Source: a bacterium
GTDB taxonomy: Bacteria > SZUA-182 > DTGQ01 > JAFGSM01
NCBI GenBank assembly: GCA_049472335.1
Contig: JBLIRO010000059.1
Span: 1-31,996 of the forward strand
Length of the DNA: 31,996 nucleotides
Direction: 5' to 3'
The position numbers and the translations under genes are program-made. The notes under the pieces are model-generated. The model was given only the letters and a program-made list of their open reading frames with translations. It was not told the origin of the DNA and did not search any database. Below, one piece after another: positions 8,463-16,736 of this stretch. The stretch's first letter is position 1, and each line of letters opens with the position of its first letter.

Positions 8463-9629
8463 ATGCGCAGTCAAGAATTGGATTTTATTTTAACCACAAT
8501 GCTTCAGTCCCAGCAGGTTGTTTCTGACTTAAACTTTACCGTTGGGAAATCATTGCAGGTTGAGGCCTCGGGCACAATGGTGCCCGTACCCATAGATCCT
8601 CCTTTGACCTCTTTGACACCTTATCAAACAGAACAAATAGCCCTAAGTCTTATAGGAGGTGACAGGAGACTTACAAACATCCTTCTCAATGAAGGATCAT
8701 GCGACCTTTCTTATTATATTCAGGGCCTTGCCAGATTAAGGGTTAATATTTTTTCTCAAAGGGGAACCTACTCTATTGTGCTCAGAAAACTTGCCACCAA
8801 GATTCCCACAATTGAGGAGCTTGGGCTCCCCCCGGTGTTCTATAAGATTGCGGGAGAGATGAACGGTCTGGTTTTGTTTACCGGTGCGACCGGGTCAGGA
8901 AAGTCGACATCTCTGGCTGCTTTGCTTGAGGAAGTCAATGAGAAAAAGGCTATTCATATAATTACCCTTGAAGACCCTGTAGAGTATGTCCATAATCACA
9001 AAAAGGCTACCTTCAATCAAAGGGAACTGGGCCAGGACTTTGATAACTTTGCTAATGGACTTCGTGCGGCACTCAGACAGGCGCCCAAAATAATACTCGT
9101 CGGTGAGATGCGTGATAGGGAGACAGTAGAGATTGCCCTGTGCGCAGCAGAGACAGGACATCTGGTTTTAAGCACCCTTCATACCATTGATGCAGGTCAG
9201 ACCATAAGCCGTATAGTTGGTATGTTTGACCAGGAAGAGGAAAAGCAGATCCGAATCAGACTCGCTGAAACCGTTCGATGGATCATAGCCCAGAGGTTGC
9301 TCCCTAAGGTGGCTGGTGACCGGGTAGCTGCTCTTGAGGTCATGGGAACCAACTTGAGGGTGAAGGAGTGCATACTGAATGGAGAAACTGAAGATAAGAC
9401 CTTTTATCATATGATCTCAAACGGTGAGGCGTTTGGGATGAAAACCTTTGATAAATCTATTGTTGAACTTTATAAGCAGGGATTGATTACTGAAGATACA
9501 GCAATGACTTATGCATCAAAGAGAAATGTCGTAGGAAGGGGAATCGACGCCATTAAGAGCGTAAAAGGAGAGAAGACCACTGATATAGCAGGTCTTTCTA
9601 TGGATAGAGATTATGAGAGAACGATTTAA
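8463..9629 (+). CDS. pilU: PilT/PilU-family retraction ATPase (PilU-like paralogue)
   Basis: GATGSGKSTS, TLEDPVE, 'ALRQAPKIILVGEMRD' and 'TGHLVLSTLHT'; lacks the AIRNLIRE motif; tandem with pilT. Confidence 0.8.
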   Translation: MRSQELDFILTTMLQSQQVVSDLNFTVGKSLQVEASGTMVPVPIDPPLTSLTPYQTEQIALSLIGGDRRLTNILLNEGSCDLSYYIQGLARLRVNIFSQRGTYSIVLRKLATKIPTIEELGLPPVFYKIAGEMNGLVLFTGATGSGKSTSLAALLEEVNEKKAIHIITLEDPVEYVHNHKKATFNQRELGQDFDNFANGLRAALRQAPKIILVGEMRDRETVEIALCAAETGHLVLSTLHTIDAGQTISRIVGMFDQEEEKQIRIRLAETVRWIIAQRLLPKVAGDRVAALEVMGTNLRVKECILNGETEDKTFYHMISNGEAFGMKTFDKSIVELYKQGLITEDTAMTYASKRNVVGRGIDAIKSVKGEKTTDIAGLSMDRDYERTI

Positions 9630-9643
9630 AAGGGAGACAAAAT

Positions 9644-10102
9644 ATGGACTTATCGGAATTGGGGATTTCAGGCCCGGGGATAGCTCTTGTTTGTCTAAAG
9701 GATCAAGATAAGGCACCGGAGGTTATTGATGCCCTTAACGAAATAGGATTATCCTCAGTTTCGCAGGCCTTATCACAAAAAGAGGCCTTGGATAAAATGA
9801 AGTATAACTTGTATGATATTGTAGTGATTGAAGATGGATTTGGCGGTCCCATAGAGGAATCACAGATCATGTCGGAATTTCAAAATATGTCTGTTTCCCA
9901 GAGACGGCAGATATTTCTCGTTATAATAGGAGACAGATGGGAAACAGCCAATGCTATTCAGGCATTTTCTTTAAGTGTGAATCTGATAGTAAATTACAGA
10001 CTCCTGGACAAAATAAAAGAAGGAATAGCATCAGCCATGATTCGCAATAACAGATTTTATAAAGTATTTAATGAATGCAGGGAAGCAATGGGTAAGGTAT
10101 AA
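9644..10102 (+). CDS. Hypothetical protein with degenerate receiver-like fold, pilT/pilU-associated
   Basis: RBS GGGAG, 14 bp after pilU. 'EALDKMKYNLYDIVVIEDGF...MSVSQRRQIFLVIIG...AFSLSVNLIVN' resembles a receiver beta/alpha pattern without the canonical acidic pocket. Confidence 0.65.
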   Translation: MDLSELGISGPGIALVCLKDQDKAPEVIDALNEIGLSSVSQALSQKEALDKMKYNLYDIVVIEDGFGGPIEESQIMSEFQNMSVSQRRQIFLVIIGDRWETANAIQAFSLSVNLIVNYRLLDKIKEGIASAMIRNNRFYKVFNECREAMGKV

Positions 10103-10437
10103 GTAGCAAATTCTTCTTTAGAGGGAACATCCGATCCAAAGTATGGATAAGGGTCCTCAATATAGAACTCCGTGGTAAATTGTAATGCCTCACGGAATCT
10201 TTCAAGATTGGGATCGTATTCGAGCGCACTGTTTAAAAGGTCTTCAAAATCATGGCTACATTTCAATTTCCATCCCTTTCCTTATAAAAAACCTTTTATT
10301 GCTTTCTCCGCAGCCTGTTGTAAATGAAAACCTGCATCCTCTATATCCTCAGCTTCAAGGAGTATTTTTACTCTTTTTATTTCCTTTTTTGCTTTTTCAT
10401 ACCAATCATGTGGCAATTTTGACTCTTTAGGAGACAT
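10057..10437 (-). pseudogene. HEPN-domain protein (partner of MNT) with in-frame stop
   Basis: From ATG 10437: MSPKESKLPHDWYEKAKKEIKRVKILLEAEDIEDAGFHLQQAAEKAIKGFL*GKGWKLKCSHDFEDLL...TEFYIEDPYP. TAA falls at 10282-10284; the typical HEPN 'F..QQA.EK..K..L' and 'HDL..L' motifs are present; the 3' end runs into the convergent gene. Confidence 0.8.
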
Positions 10438-10758
10438 AACATACTTCTCCTTTTTCAATTATTTCCTTAAAAAATGGATCTCCAAGCTCCAGTCGGCGTG
10501 CCAATTCCTTAGGTGATACTACCAGCGGCTGAAAGGGCATATGACGGTGAGGGTCCTGACACAATTTTCTTAATTTGACCCGTCTATAAAAAGGTGTGTC
10601 ATCTGTTTCTTTAATGATAAGAATATTTGCGTCACTATTTTCATCCGGATTTCCATAAGCATAAGAGCCAAAAAGAATTATCTTGTCTGGTTGATATTTT
10701 TCAATAATTTTCTGAATTAGTTTTTTAGTTCACTTCGTTTTTTGGGTGTGCCTCGCAT
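10427..10758 (-). pseudogene. Minimal nucleotidyltransferase (MNT) antitoxin, frameshifted
   Basis: Frame ...KLIQKIIEKYQPDKIILFGSYAYGNPDENSDANILII...LGDPFFKEIIEKGEVCYVS* overlaps the HEPN start. ATG 10758 is out of frame because of an A6 run near 10721-10726; the catalytic DxD reads DAN. Confidence 0.8.
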
Positions 10759-10939
10759 AAGACTTAGAAATTTCTAAATTTGATATCGATCTAAAATCAT
10801 CTCCAGACAGGAAAAATATACTAATAAATCAATATTGAAATCTTGTCCTTTGAAGGCATCAAAGGAACTGTTCCTGCGACAATGCTGTGATAATTATAAA
10901 TTTGTATCCTGTAAGAAGACGTCTCATAAATGTAGATAT

Positions 10940-11140
10940 TCGTTAAAATATAATTTACATGTTATTGAAAGAGATAGGACTGAGCAAATAATTAGTCTTC
11001 ATTTGTTAATAGATAATAATCTCATGATCCACATTTATGCAAATGTCCAAAAGAGTAAATTAAACCTCGCCCTTGTCTTTAAAACTCAAAGGTTATATGG
11101 CTTTGACTCTGAAGGTGATAAATACCACTGCCATAATTAA
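10940..11140 (+). pseudogene. Possible fragment of a TumE/DUF6516-like toxin
   Basis: 'KYNLHVIERDRTEQIISLHLLIDNNLMIHIYAN..K.KLNLALVFKTQRLYGFDSEGDKYHCH' is protein-like with a terminal 'YG.D...HxH' motif, then stops abruptly; no clear start. Family call is from memory only. Confidence 0.3.
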
Positions 11141-11327
11141 AGTTAAGCTTAATTTTAGTAAGACTTTAATTTATGGATTTGAAAAATATATTGAAATATT
11201 TATTATAGGATTAAAAAATAGGCAATATATTATAAAAAAGTATAAAAGCATAATATCTATTTTCCTGGAATTTTTTGGTATGGTTTCTGTTTGGTGGATT
11301 TACAAAAGTAAAGTGCTTTATGCTGTA

Positions 11328-13010
11328 TTACTTCGAATCTTTAGATTCAGCTATAGTGGCATCGGTAAGGACCAGTTCTTCCTTTTCATCCTTTTCCTGT
11401 TTATTATATAGGGGAAGGGTTATGAAAAAGGTGGTGCCTACATCTACTTTGCTTTCCACCCTGATGTTTCCGCCGTGTAACTCGACCGCGCGCTTTACAA
11501 TGGAAAGCCCCAGGCCTGCGCCGTGCTCCTGCTTTCTTTTGGCATGTACCCCTCTGAAGAGGATTTCAAAGATTTCAGGGACCTCGTCTTCGGGGATTCC
11601 CACTCCATTGTCACCGACCTGGATTTCCACTTCCTGTCCTTTCAACAGGCAGTTGACCCAGACAAGAGTGTTTGGCGGGCTGTATTTGATGGCATTTGAG
11701 ATGAGATTGGTCAGAGACCTGTTCAGCAGATTCTCGTCACCCAGGATCCTCGCCTCGGGAATGTTTCTTATCTCTATTGAAATATCTTCATCCCTGGCCC
11801 ATGCCTGCATCAAATCCACCACGCTCAGGACTAAGGGCCTGAGGGACAAGGGCTTCATCTCCCTGTGCTCTTCCTCCATACGGGTGAAATCGAGCAGGTC
11901 TTTTACAAAGGACAGTTGAGATTCTACCCTGTCTTCCGCCCTATGGATCATCTCCATCTCTTTTTCACGATTATTTTTAAGATAGCCGTCCAGTACCACT
12001 CTTAGGCAGCTTTTTATGGCAGCGAGAGGCGCCCGGATATCATGTGCCACCATCATTACTACTTCGGATTTTTTCTTGTCGGACTGATTCAATTTTTTAT
12101 TTGCTATGGCCAGTTCCGTATTGGTCTTTTCCAGTTGGGCTGTTGCCTTTTTTACGCGCTCCGAAAGCTCTTCATTCCATGCCTCGATCTTTTTTCTGGA
12201 GATCTTGATCTCGTCCGTCATTACATTGAATGAATCTGCCAGCTCCCCGATTTCATCTTCGGTGTGAATGGGGATATGGTAGTCAAGGTCCCCGTTCGTA
12301 ATCCTGCGTGTACCGTAAGTAAGCTCTTTTATGGGGCGATTGACCGATTTCAGAATAAATATACCTGTGAATAGCGCTATGAGCACAAAACAGACCAGGA
12401 TAAAGATGAGAGAAAACCTCTGATTGCTTTTAAGAAAGGTATGGACCTTTTCCAGGGATATGATGATATCGAGGACACCAAGGACCTTCCTATCCGACCC
12501 ATGGCAGGCGTGGCATTCTTTGTCGTTATATAAGGGATTCACCAGGCCGAGGACCCGCTCCCCATCCTCTGTTTTGAAAAACCGGTAACGGCTTATGGTC
12601 AAAGGCCTTTGCCGCTCATTTTCGTGACAGTCATAGCATCCTTCTGCGGACCTATCAACATCTTTGCCCACTTCTTCCTTATTTGAGGCCATTTTTATAA
12701 AACCCCGCTCGATAATCCTTACCTTCCTGACATCCTCCTGTGCGCCTATGGTTTCCATGACTTCCTGCAGTTCATGGCTTCTCGCTCTCATCATGTCATG
12801 ATGGATGCTTCTTTTGATGATGTCACTCAGTCTATATGCCTCCTCTTTCATGTATTCGACCATTATGTTTCTATGAGACCTGATGTCCAGATAGAATACC
12901 ACTTCAAGACAGGCTACGAGAATCAGACCCGTCCACAAAATCAGCTTGATAGCCAGCCGCTTTCTTATTGACCTGTAGAGACCTGTTAATTTTGTGATGA
13001 TTTTGACCAT
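11328..13010 (-). CDS. Membrane sensor histidine kinase with periplasmic c-heme motifs, HAMP, HisKA and HATPase domains
   Basis: Two TMs flank a periplasmic domain with CYDCH and CHACH; HAMP 'RPIKEL...DEIGELADSFN'; H-box 'VAHDIRAPL'; N-box 'NLISNAIKY'; G boxes 'DNGVGI' and 'GAGLGL'. Confidence 0.95.
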   Translation of the reverse strand: MVKIITKLTGLYRSIRKRLAIKLILWTGLILVACLEVVFYLDIRSHRNIMVEYMKEEAYRLSDIIKRSIHHDMMRARSHELQEVMETIGAQEDVRKVRIIERGFIKMASNKEEVGKDVDRSAEGCYDCHENERQRPLTISRYRFFKTEDGERVLGLVNPLYNDKECHACHGSDRKVLGVLDIIISLEKVHTFLKSNQRFSLIFILVCFVLIALFTGIFILKSVNRPIKELTYGTRRITNGDLDYHIPIHTEDEIGELADSFNVMTDEIKISRKKIEAWNEELSERVKKATAQLEKTNTELAIANKKLNQSDKKKSEVVMMVAHDIRAPLAAIKSCLRVVLDGYLKNNREKEMEMIHRAEDRVESQLSFVKDLLDFTRMEEEHREMKPLSLRPLVLSVVDLMQAWARDEDISIEIRNIPEARILGDENLLNRSLTNLISNAIKYSPPNTLVWVNCLLKGQEVEIQVGDNGVGIPEDEVPEIFEILFRGVHAKRKQEHGAGLGLSIVKRAVELHGGNIRVESKVDVGTTFFITLPLYNKQEKDEKEELVLTDATIAESKDSK

Positions 13011-13387
13011 TTTTCTACCAAACTTACAAGGATATTCGGATCAACCGGTTTGTCTAAAAATTCATTTACAGGGAGATATTCTCCATCCGTTTGTGGGGAA
13101 AATCTAAGCTTTGTGCATTTATGTATGGCACTGATCATCAGGATAGGTATCTTTGCAATTCCCGGTGTGCTCCTGATCCGCTGACTCACATAGAATCCCT
13201 CATCCTTTTTCTCCATGGATACATCCAGTACGATCACATCAGGAACCTTTTGTTTTGCCATATTAAGGCCGTCTTCACCATTATAAGCAGTGAAGACTGT
13301 ATAACCGTTTGCCTCCAGTACGATCTTATTTGCCTCCACGAGATCTATGTCATCATCTATGAGCAAGACTTTCTTCGAGCCTGACAT
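12986..13387 (-). CDS. Stand-alone response regulator receiver (CheY-like)
   Basis: Start MSGSKK at 13387 after GGGAGGGA; 'LLIDDD', phospho-Asp 'VLDVSM', 'MISA', 'FLDKP'; overlaps the kinase start. Confidence 0.9.
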   Translation of the reverse strand: MSGSKKVLLIDDDIDLVEANKIVLEANGYTVFTAYNGEDGLNMAKQKVPDVIVLDVSMEKKDEGFYVSQRIRSTPGIAKIPILMISAIHKCTKLRFSPQTDGEYLPVNEFLDKPVDPNILVSLVEKWSKSSQN

Positions 13388-13418
13388 TTTAATCCCTCCC
13401 TTACAAGGTAGTAATAGG

Positions 13419-14252
13419 TTAAAATTCAGCAGGCATGGCCTGAATCTGGGCAAAGGTAAATACCGGCCCTTCTTTGCATACATATGTGGAACCGATATTA
13501 CACCTTCCACACTTGCCCAAACCACATTTCATTTTCATCTCTAAAGTTGTAATAATCTTTTCAGCGTTAAATCCCATAGCATCGAGACCCTGAACAGTAA
13601 ACTTGATCATGATCGGAGGTCCGCACACTATGGCATAGGCATTTGTCGGATCCAGTTCCAGATCTCTCATGACCAAGGGCACAAATCCGACCCTTCCATT
13701 CCAGTCTTCTGTCTCACCTCCCGGGTCAACGGTTTTTACAAAATTTATGTCATGGCGTTTCTCCCAGGTTATTAATTCATCTTTATATACCAGGTCCGCA
13801 ACGCTCCTTGCCCCGTAAAGTATGGTAATCTTTCCGAATTTATCTCTGGAATAAAGGCAATTCCATATGAGAGATCTTAGGGGGGCAATCCCTATCCCTC
13901 CCGCCACAAATACAAGGTCCTTTTCCTCCATCTGTTTTATGGGAAAATGATTTCCATAGGGCCCCCGGAAGCCTATTACATCTCCCACATCCAACTGGTG
14001 CATAGCCTGTGTCACCTTGCCGGCCATTTTGACACTGCACTCTATAAAGCCACGCCAGCTCGGTGAAGATGCTATACAAAAAGTGGACTCACCTTCTCCA
14101 AATATAGAGAATTCGCCAAATTGCCCGGCCTTGAATTGAAATGTCTCTCTAAGCACAGGATCCAGGAAAACGAGCCGAAATGTTTTTACATCGGGTGTTT
14201 CTTGCTTGATATTTTCGACCCTCATTAGAGAAGGCTTGTATATATGGTTCAT
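13419..14252 (-). CDS. flxA: FlxA (AsrB/hydrogenase-gamma-like FAD/NAD(P)H-binding, [2Fe-2S])
   Basis: 'FKAGQF', 'RGPYGN', 'AGGIGIAPLRS', 'CGPPIM', 'MKCGLGKCGRCNIG..YVCKEGPVF'; terminal position in the hdr-flx order. Confidence 0.88.
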   Translation of the reverse strand: MNHIYKPSLMRVENIKQETPDVKTFRLVFLDPVLRETFQFKAGQFGEFSIFGEGESTFCIASSPSWRGFIECSVKMAGKVTQAMHQLDVGDVIGFRGPYGNHFPIKQMEEKDLVFVAGGIGIAPLRSLIWNCLYSRDKFGKITILYGARSVADLVYKDELITWEKRHDINFVKTVDPGGETEDWNGRVGFVPLVMRDLELDPTNAYAIVCGPPIMIKFTVQGLDAMGFNAEKIITTLEMKMKCGLGKCGRCNIGSTYVCKEGPVFTFAQIQAMPAEF

Positions 14253-14254
14253 TT

Positions 14255-15319
14255 TTATTGCCCTTTTTTACTTATTTTAGGTTCTGACTTAGAAAGTTCC
14301 GTTTGATTTTGTATAGAACGAATAATCTGCAGGATGTCCATGCCGGCAGGACAGAGTGTGCGGCACCTGCCGCATCCTACGCAGGCATGATACGAGAACT
14401 TATCCATGAAATACTTGAATTTATGCATGATACGCTGTCTGAATCTTTGCCATTGCAAAGAACGGGGTTGATGTGCGGCCATTTTTGTAAAATGATCAAA
14501 TGCGCAGGAATCCCAATTCCTTCTTCTCTCACCGCTATATCCTCGGGATTCGTCAACAAGATCGAAACAATGGCAGGTGGGGCATAGATATGCGCAGGTC
14601 CCGCAGCCCAGACAACTTGGCGCCAGTTTCTCCCATATAGGATTATCGAAGTTTTTGTCCAGCCAGGACTTTATATCCGAAACAGGTAACGGTGCTGGCA
14701 TTTTAGAGATAAGCTCCGCGGCCAGTGTATCTCTCTTCAATTCCAGTTCCGGGGTTATATCTTTGAAATTATCCTTAAACCTTTCCACCAGATCCTTTCC
14801 TTTTTCCGTTATTATTCTTGCATGGTAAATACCGGAGTCCAGATCGGTTAAAAGGATATCGCTTCCTTTTTCCTCAAATGGCGAAAGATGGGTTGCGGTG
14901 CAGAAACAGAACGGATCGGGCTTAAGACAGGAAAGGCCTATGATCACGGTATTTTGCCTGAGAGTCAGATATAATTCATCTTTATAGTCCCATGTAAATA
15001 CATTGTCCATAATATGTAACGCGTAGGCATCGCAAGGCCTTATTCCAATAATGACCCTTTTTTTGTTGTGATTGCGGATTTTTTCTATTTTAATACCCTT
15101 GTTTATTTTTTTATAGAAGAAGATAGGCTCAGTGACTGGAAAAAAGAGTTCTTTTGGGGGACAGTGACAGTTCGCGCTATCCCAGATGATTTGATCATGG
15201 TTATCGATTTTTTTGTAGACCTTTACCCCATCCTGATTTACAGGCGCGAAAACATTAATATTTTGTATCATTTTTGTTATTATATTTTCAAGGTCTTTTT
15301 TACTGATTAACTTATCCAT
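14255..15319 (-). CDS. flxB: FlxB (AsrA-like [4Fe-4S] protein)
   Basis: 'GIRPCD', 'C..P..FCFC', 'CLGCGTCAYLCPTCHC', 'R.WDSC', 'CVGCGRCRTLCP'. Confidence 0.85.
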   Translation of the reverse strand: MDKLISKKDLENIITKMIQNINVFAPVNQDGVKVYKKIDNHDQIIWDSANCHCPPKELFFPVTEPIFFYKKINKGIKIEKIRNHNKKRVIIGIRPCDAYALHIMDNVFTWDYKDELYLTLRQNTVIIGLSCLKPDPFCFCTATHLSPFEEKGSDILLTDLDSGIYHARIITEKGKDLVERFKDNFKDITPELELKRDTLAAELISKMPAPLPVSDIKSWLDKNFDNPIWEKLAPSCLGCGTCAYLCPTCHCFDLVDESRGYSGERRRNWDSCAFDHFTKMAAHQPRSLQWQRFRQRIMHKFKYFMDKFSYHACVGCGRCRTLCPAGMDILQIIRSIQNQTELSKSEPKISKKGQ

Positions 15320-15328
15320 TAGTTGCCT

Positions 15329-16243
15329 CTATTTAATAAAAGATTCATCGTCATTAACATTAAACTGACTCAATACGGGTATCTGATCAGGTTTTTTTCC
15401 TGATTCATAATCATAAAGCTGCTTAACCTCGATGATCATCTTTTTGTTCAGGAGCATTAGGGGAATACCCATGGGGCATACACGCTCGCACTCTTCACAG
15501 CCAATACAACGGCCCGCAAGATGAAAGGCCCTCACGAGATGAAAAAGAAAATTGCCTTTAAGATGGGGGCTTTTATCAATCCACTGCGGCTGGCTCATGT
15601 CAGTAATGCATTGCTCGCAATAACATAGAGGGCAGGCAGATCGACACGCGTAACAGCGCAGGCATTTTTGAAACTGTTTCTGCCAGAAGGCCAGTCTGTC
15701 CTCACGGGACATATTTTCAAGATCCTGGATAGTAATTGTCACTTCTTTGGATGCCGTGGGCAGCTCACCCTCCGGAAGATTTTCTATTAAAAGATCTACC
15801 TCTTCGTCTCCACATTTGGCTATTGCTCCTTCATGTGCGTCACGGCATGTAACACATTTACCAGCCAGATGATTTGTGTCCGCGCCCAATTTTTTCCCTA
15901 TGATCCCGTCACAGGAAAGTCCTATAATAAATAATTTCTGGCGGTCTATTTGATTTTCCTGGGACAGAACATGTATGGCCTTTAGCTCACAAGGTTTTAC
16001 AAATATCCCGATCTTTTCAAATACTTTGTTTTCTTTTCTGGTCAGGTAGGTCACCAGATTTTGGACACAACGGCGATTCCAGATCAATAGATCTGTTTCG
16101 GTTTCTTTTGTAAGGAAGACCGGTTTTACACTTCTGACTTCCGAACCGTCCACAAGAGAGATCTTCCCTTCTTTATAACCAATAATCAGATCAACTTTTC
16201 CGGATTTCAGCAATTCTCTGATTTTGGTCTTTATTTCATCCAT
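15329..16243 (-). CDS. flxC: FlxC ([4Fe-4S] protein, FrhB-C/FdhB-like)
   Basis: 'C..NLVTYL', 'KPCE', 'CLRCYACRSACPLCYCEQC', 'FHLVRAFHLAGRCIGCEECERVCP'. Confidence 0.85.
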   Translation of the reverse strand: MDEIKTKIRELLKSGKVDLIIGYKEGKISLVDGSEVRSVKPVFLTKETETDLLIWNRRCVQNLVTYLTRKENKVFEKIGIFVKPCELKAIHVLSQENQIDRQKLFIIGLSCDGIIGKKLGADTNHLAGKCVTCRDAHEGAIAKCGDEEVDLLIENLPEGELPTASKEVTITIQDLENMSREDRLAFWQKQFQKCLRCYACRSACPLCYCEQCITDMSQPQWIDKSPHLKGNFLFHLVRAFHLAGRCIGCEECERVCPMGIPLMLLNKKMIIEVKQLYDYESGKKPDQIPVLSQFNVNDDESFIK

Positions 16244-16736
16244 TTTTTATACCTTCTTCCGGATCTTCAGAAACATCAAAAATCTGAAAAGGACCGGCCT
16301 TATATACGGCATCTACAACCTCGTTAACAACCTGAGACCATTTCCCTCCCTCTGCTGCCGATACCCATGAGAAATGTATCCTGCGTTGATCTATACCGCT
16401 GAATTCCAAAAGTTTTTTCAAAATGGCGAATTTCCTTCGGGCAAAATAGTTGCCTGTAGAGTAATGACAATCACCTGGATGACAACCGGACACCAGGACT
16501 CCGTCGGCTCCATCCGCGAAAGCGCGCAGGATATAAAGCGGATCGACCTTGCCGGAACAGGGTACCCGAATAAGCCTGATGTCTGAATTGTATTTCAGAC
16601 GACTTGTCCCTGCCAGGTCTGCCCCTGCGTATGAACACCAGTTGCACAGGAAGGCGATGATATTAGGCTTCCATACCTTTTCCTTCCCCTGTTCTTCTCT
16701 CAGGCTGGTGCAAGCCTGCTCTTTTTTCTTTTCCAT
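16236..16736 (-). CDS. mvhD: FlxD/MvhD ([2Fe-2S] methyl-viologen-reducing hydrogenase delta-like subunit)
   Basis: 'AFLCNWCSYAGADLAG', 'RVPCSG', 'GADGVLVSGCHPGDCHY..GN', 'WVSAAEG'; abuts the hdrA stop. Confidence 0.93.
   Translation of the reverse strand: MEKKKEQACTSLREEQGKEKVWKPNIIAFLCNWCSYAGADLAGTSRLKYNSDIRLIRVPCSGKVDPLYILRAFADGADGVLVSGCHPGDCHYSTGNYFARRKFAILKKLLEFSGIDQRRIHFSWVSAAEGGKWSQVVNEVVDAVYKAGPFQIFDVSEDPEEGIKNG

Noticed and set aside
11275..11919. 214 aa + strand ORF
   Set aside because: Antisense shadow of the kinase HATPase domain, with no independent motifs. The same applies to the many short ORFs opposite pil, hdr, flx and the beta-helix gene.
13388..13525. Longer 179 aa version of the response regulator
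   Set aside because: The extension overlaps the flxA 3' end; a strong RBS precedes ATG 13387, where the receiver fold begins.
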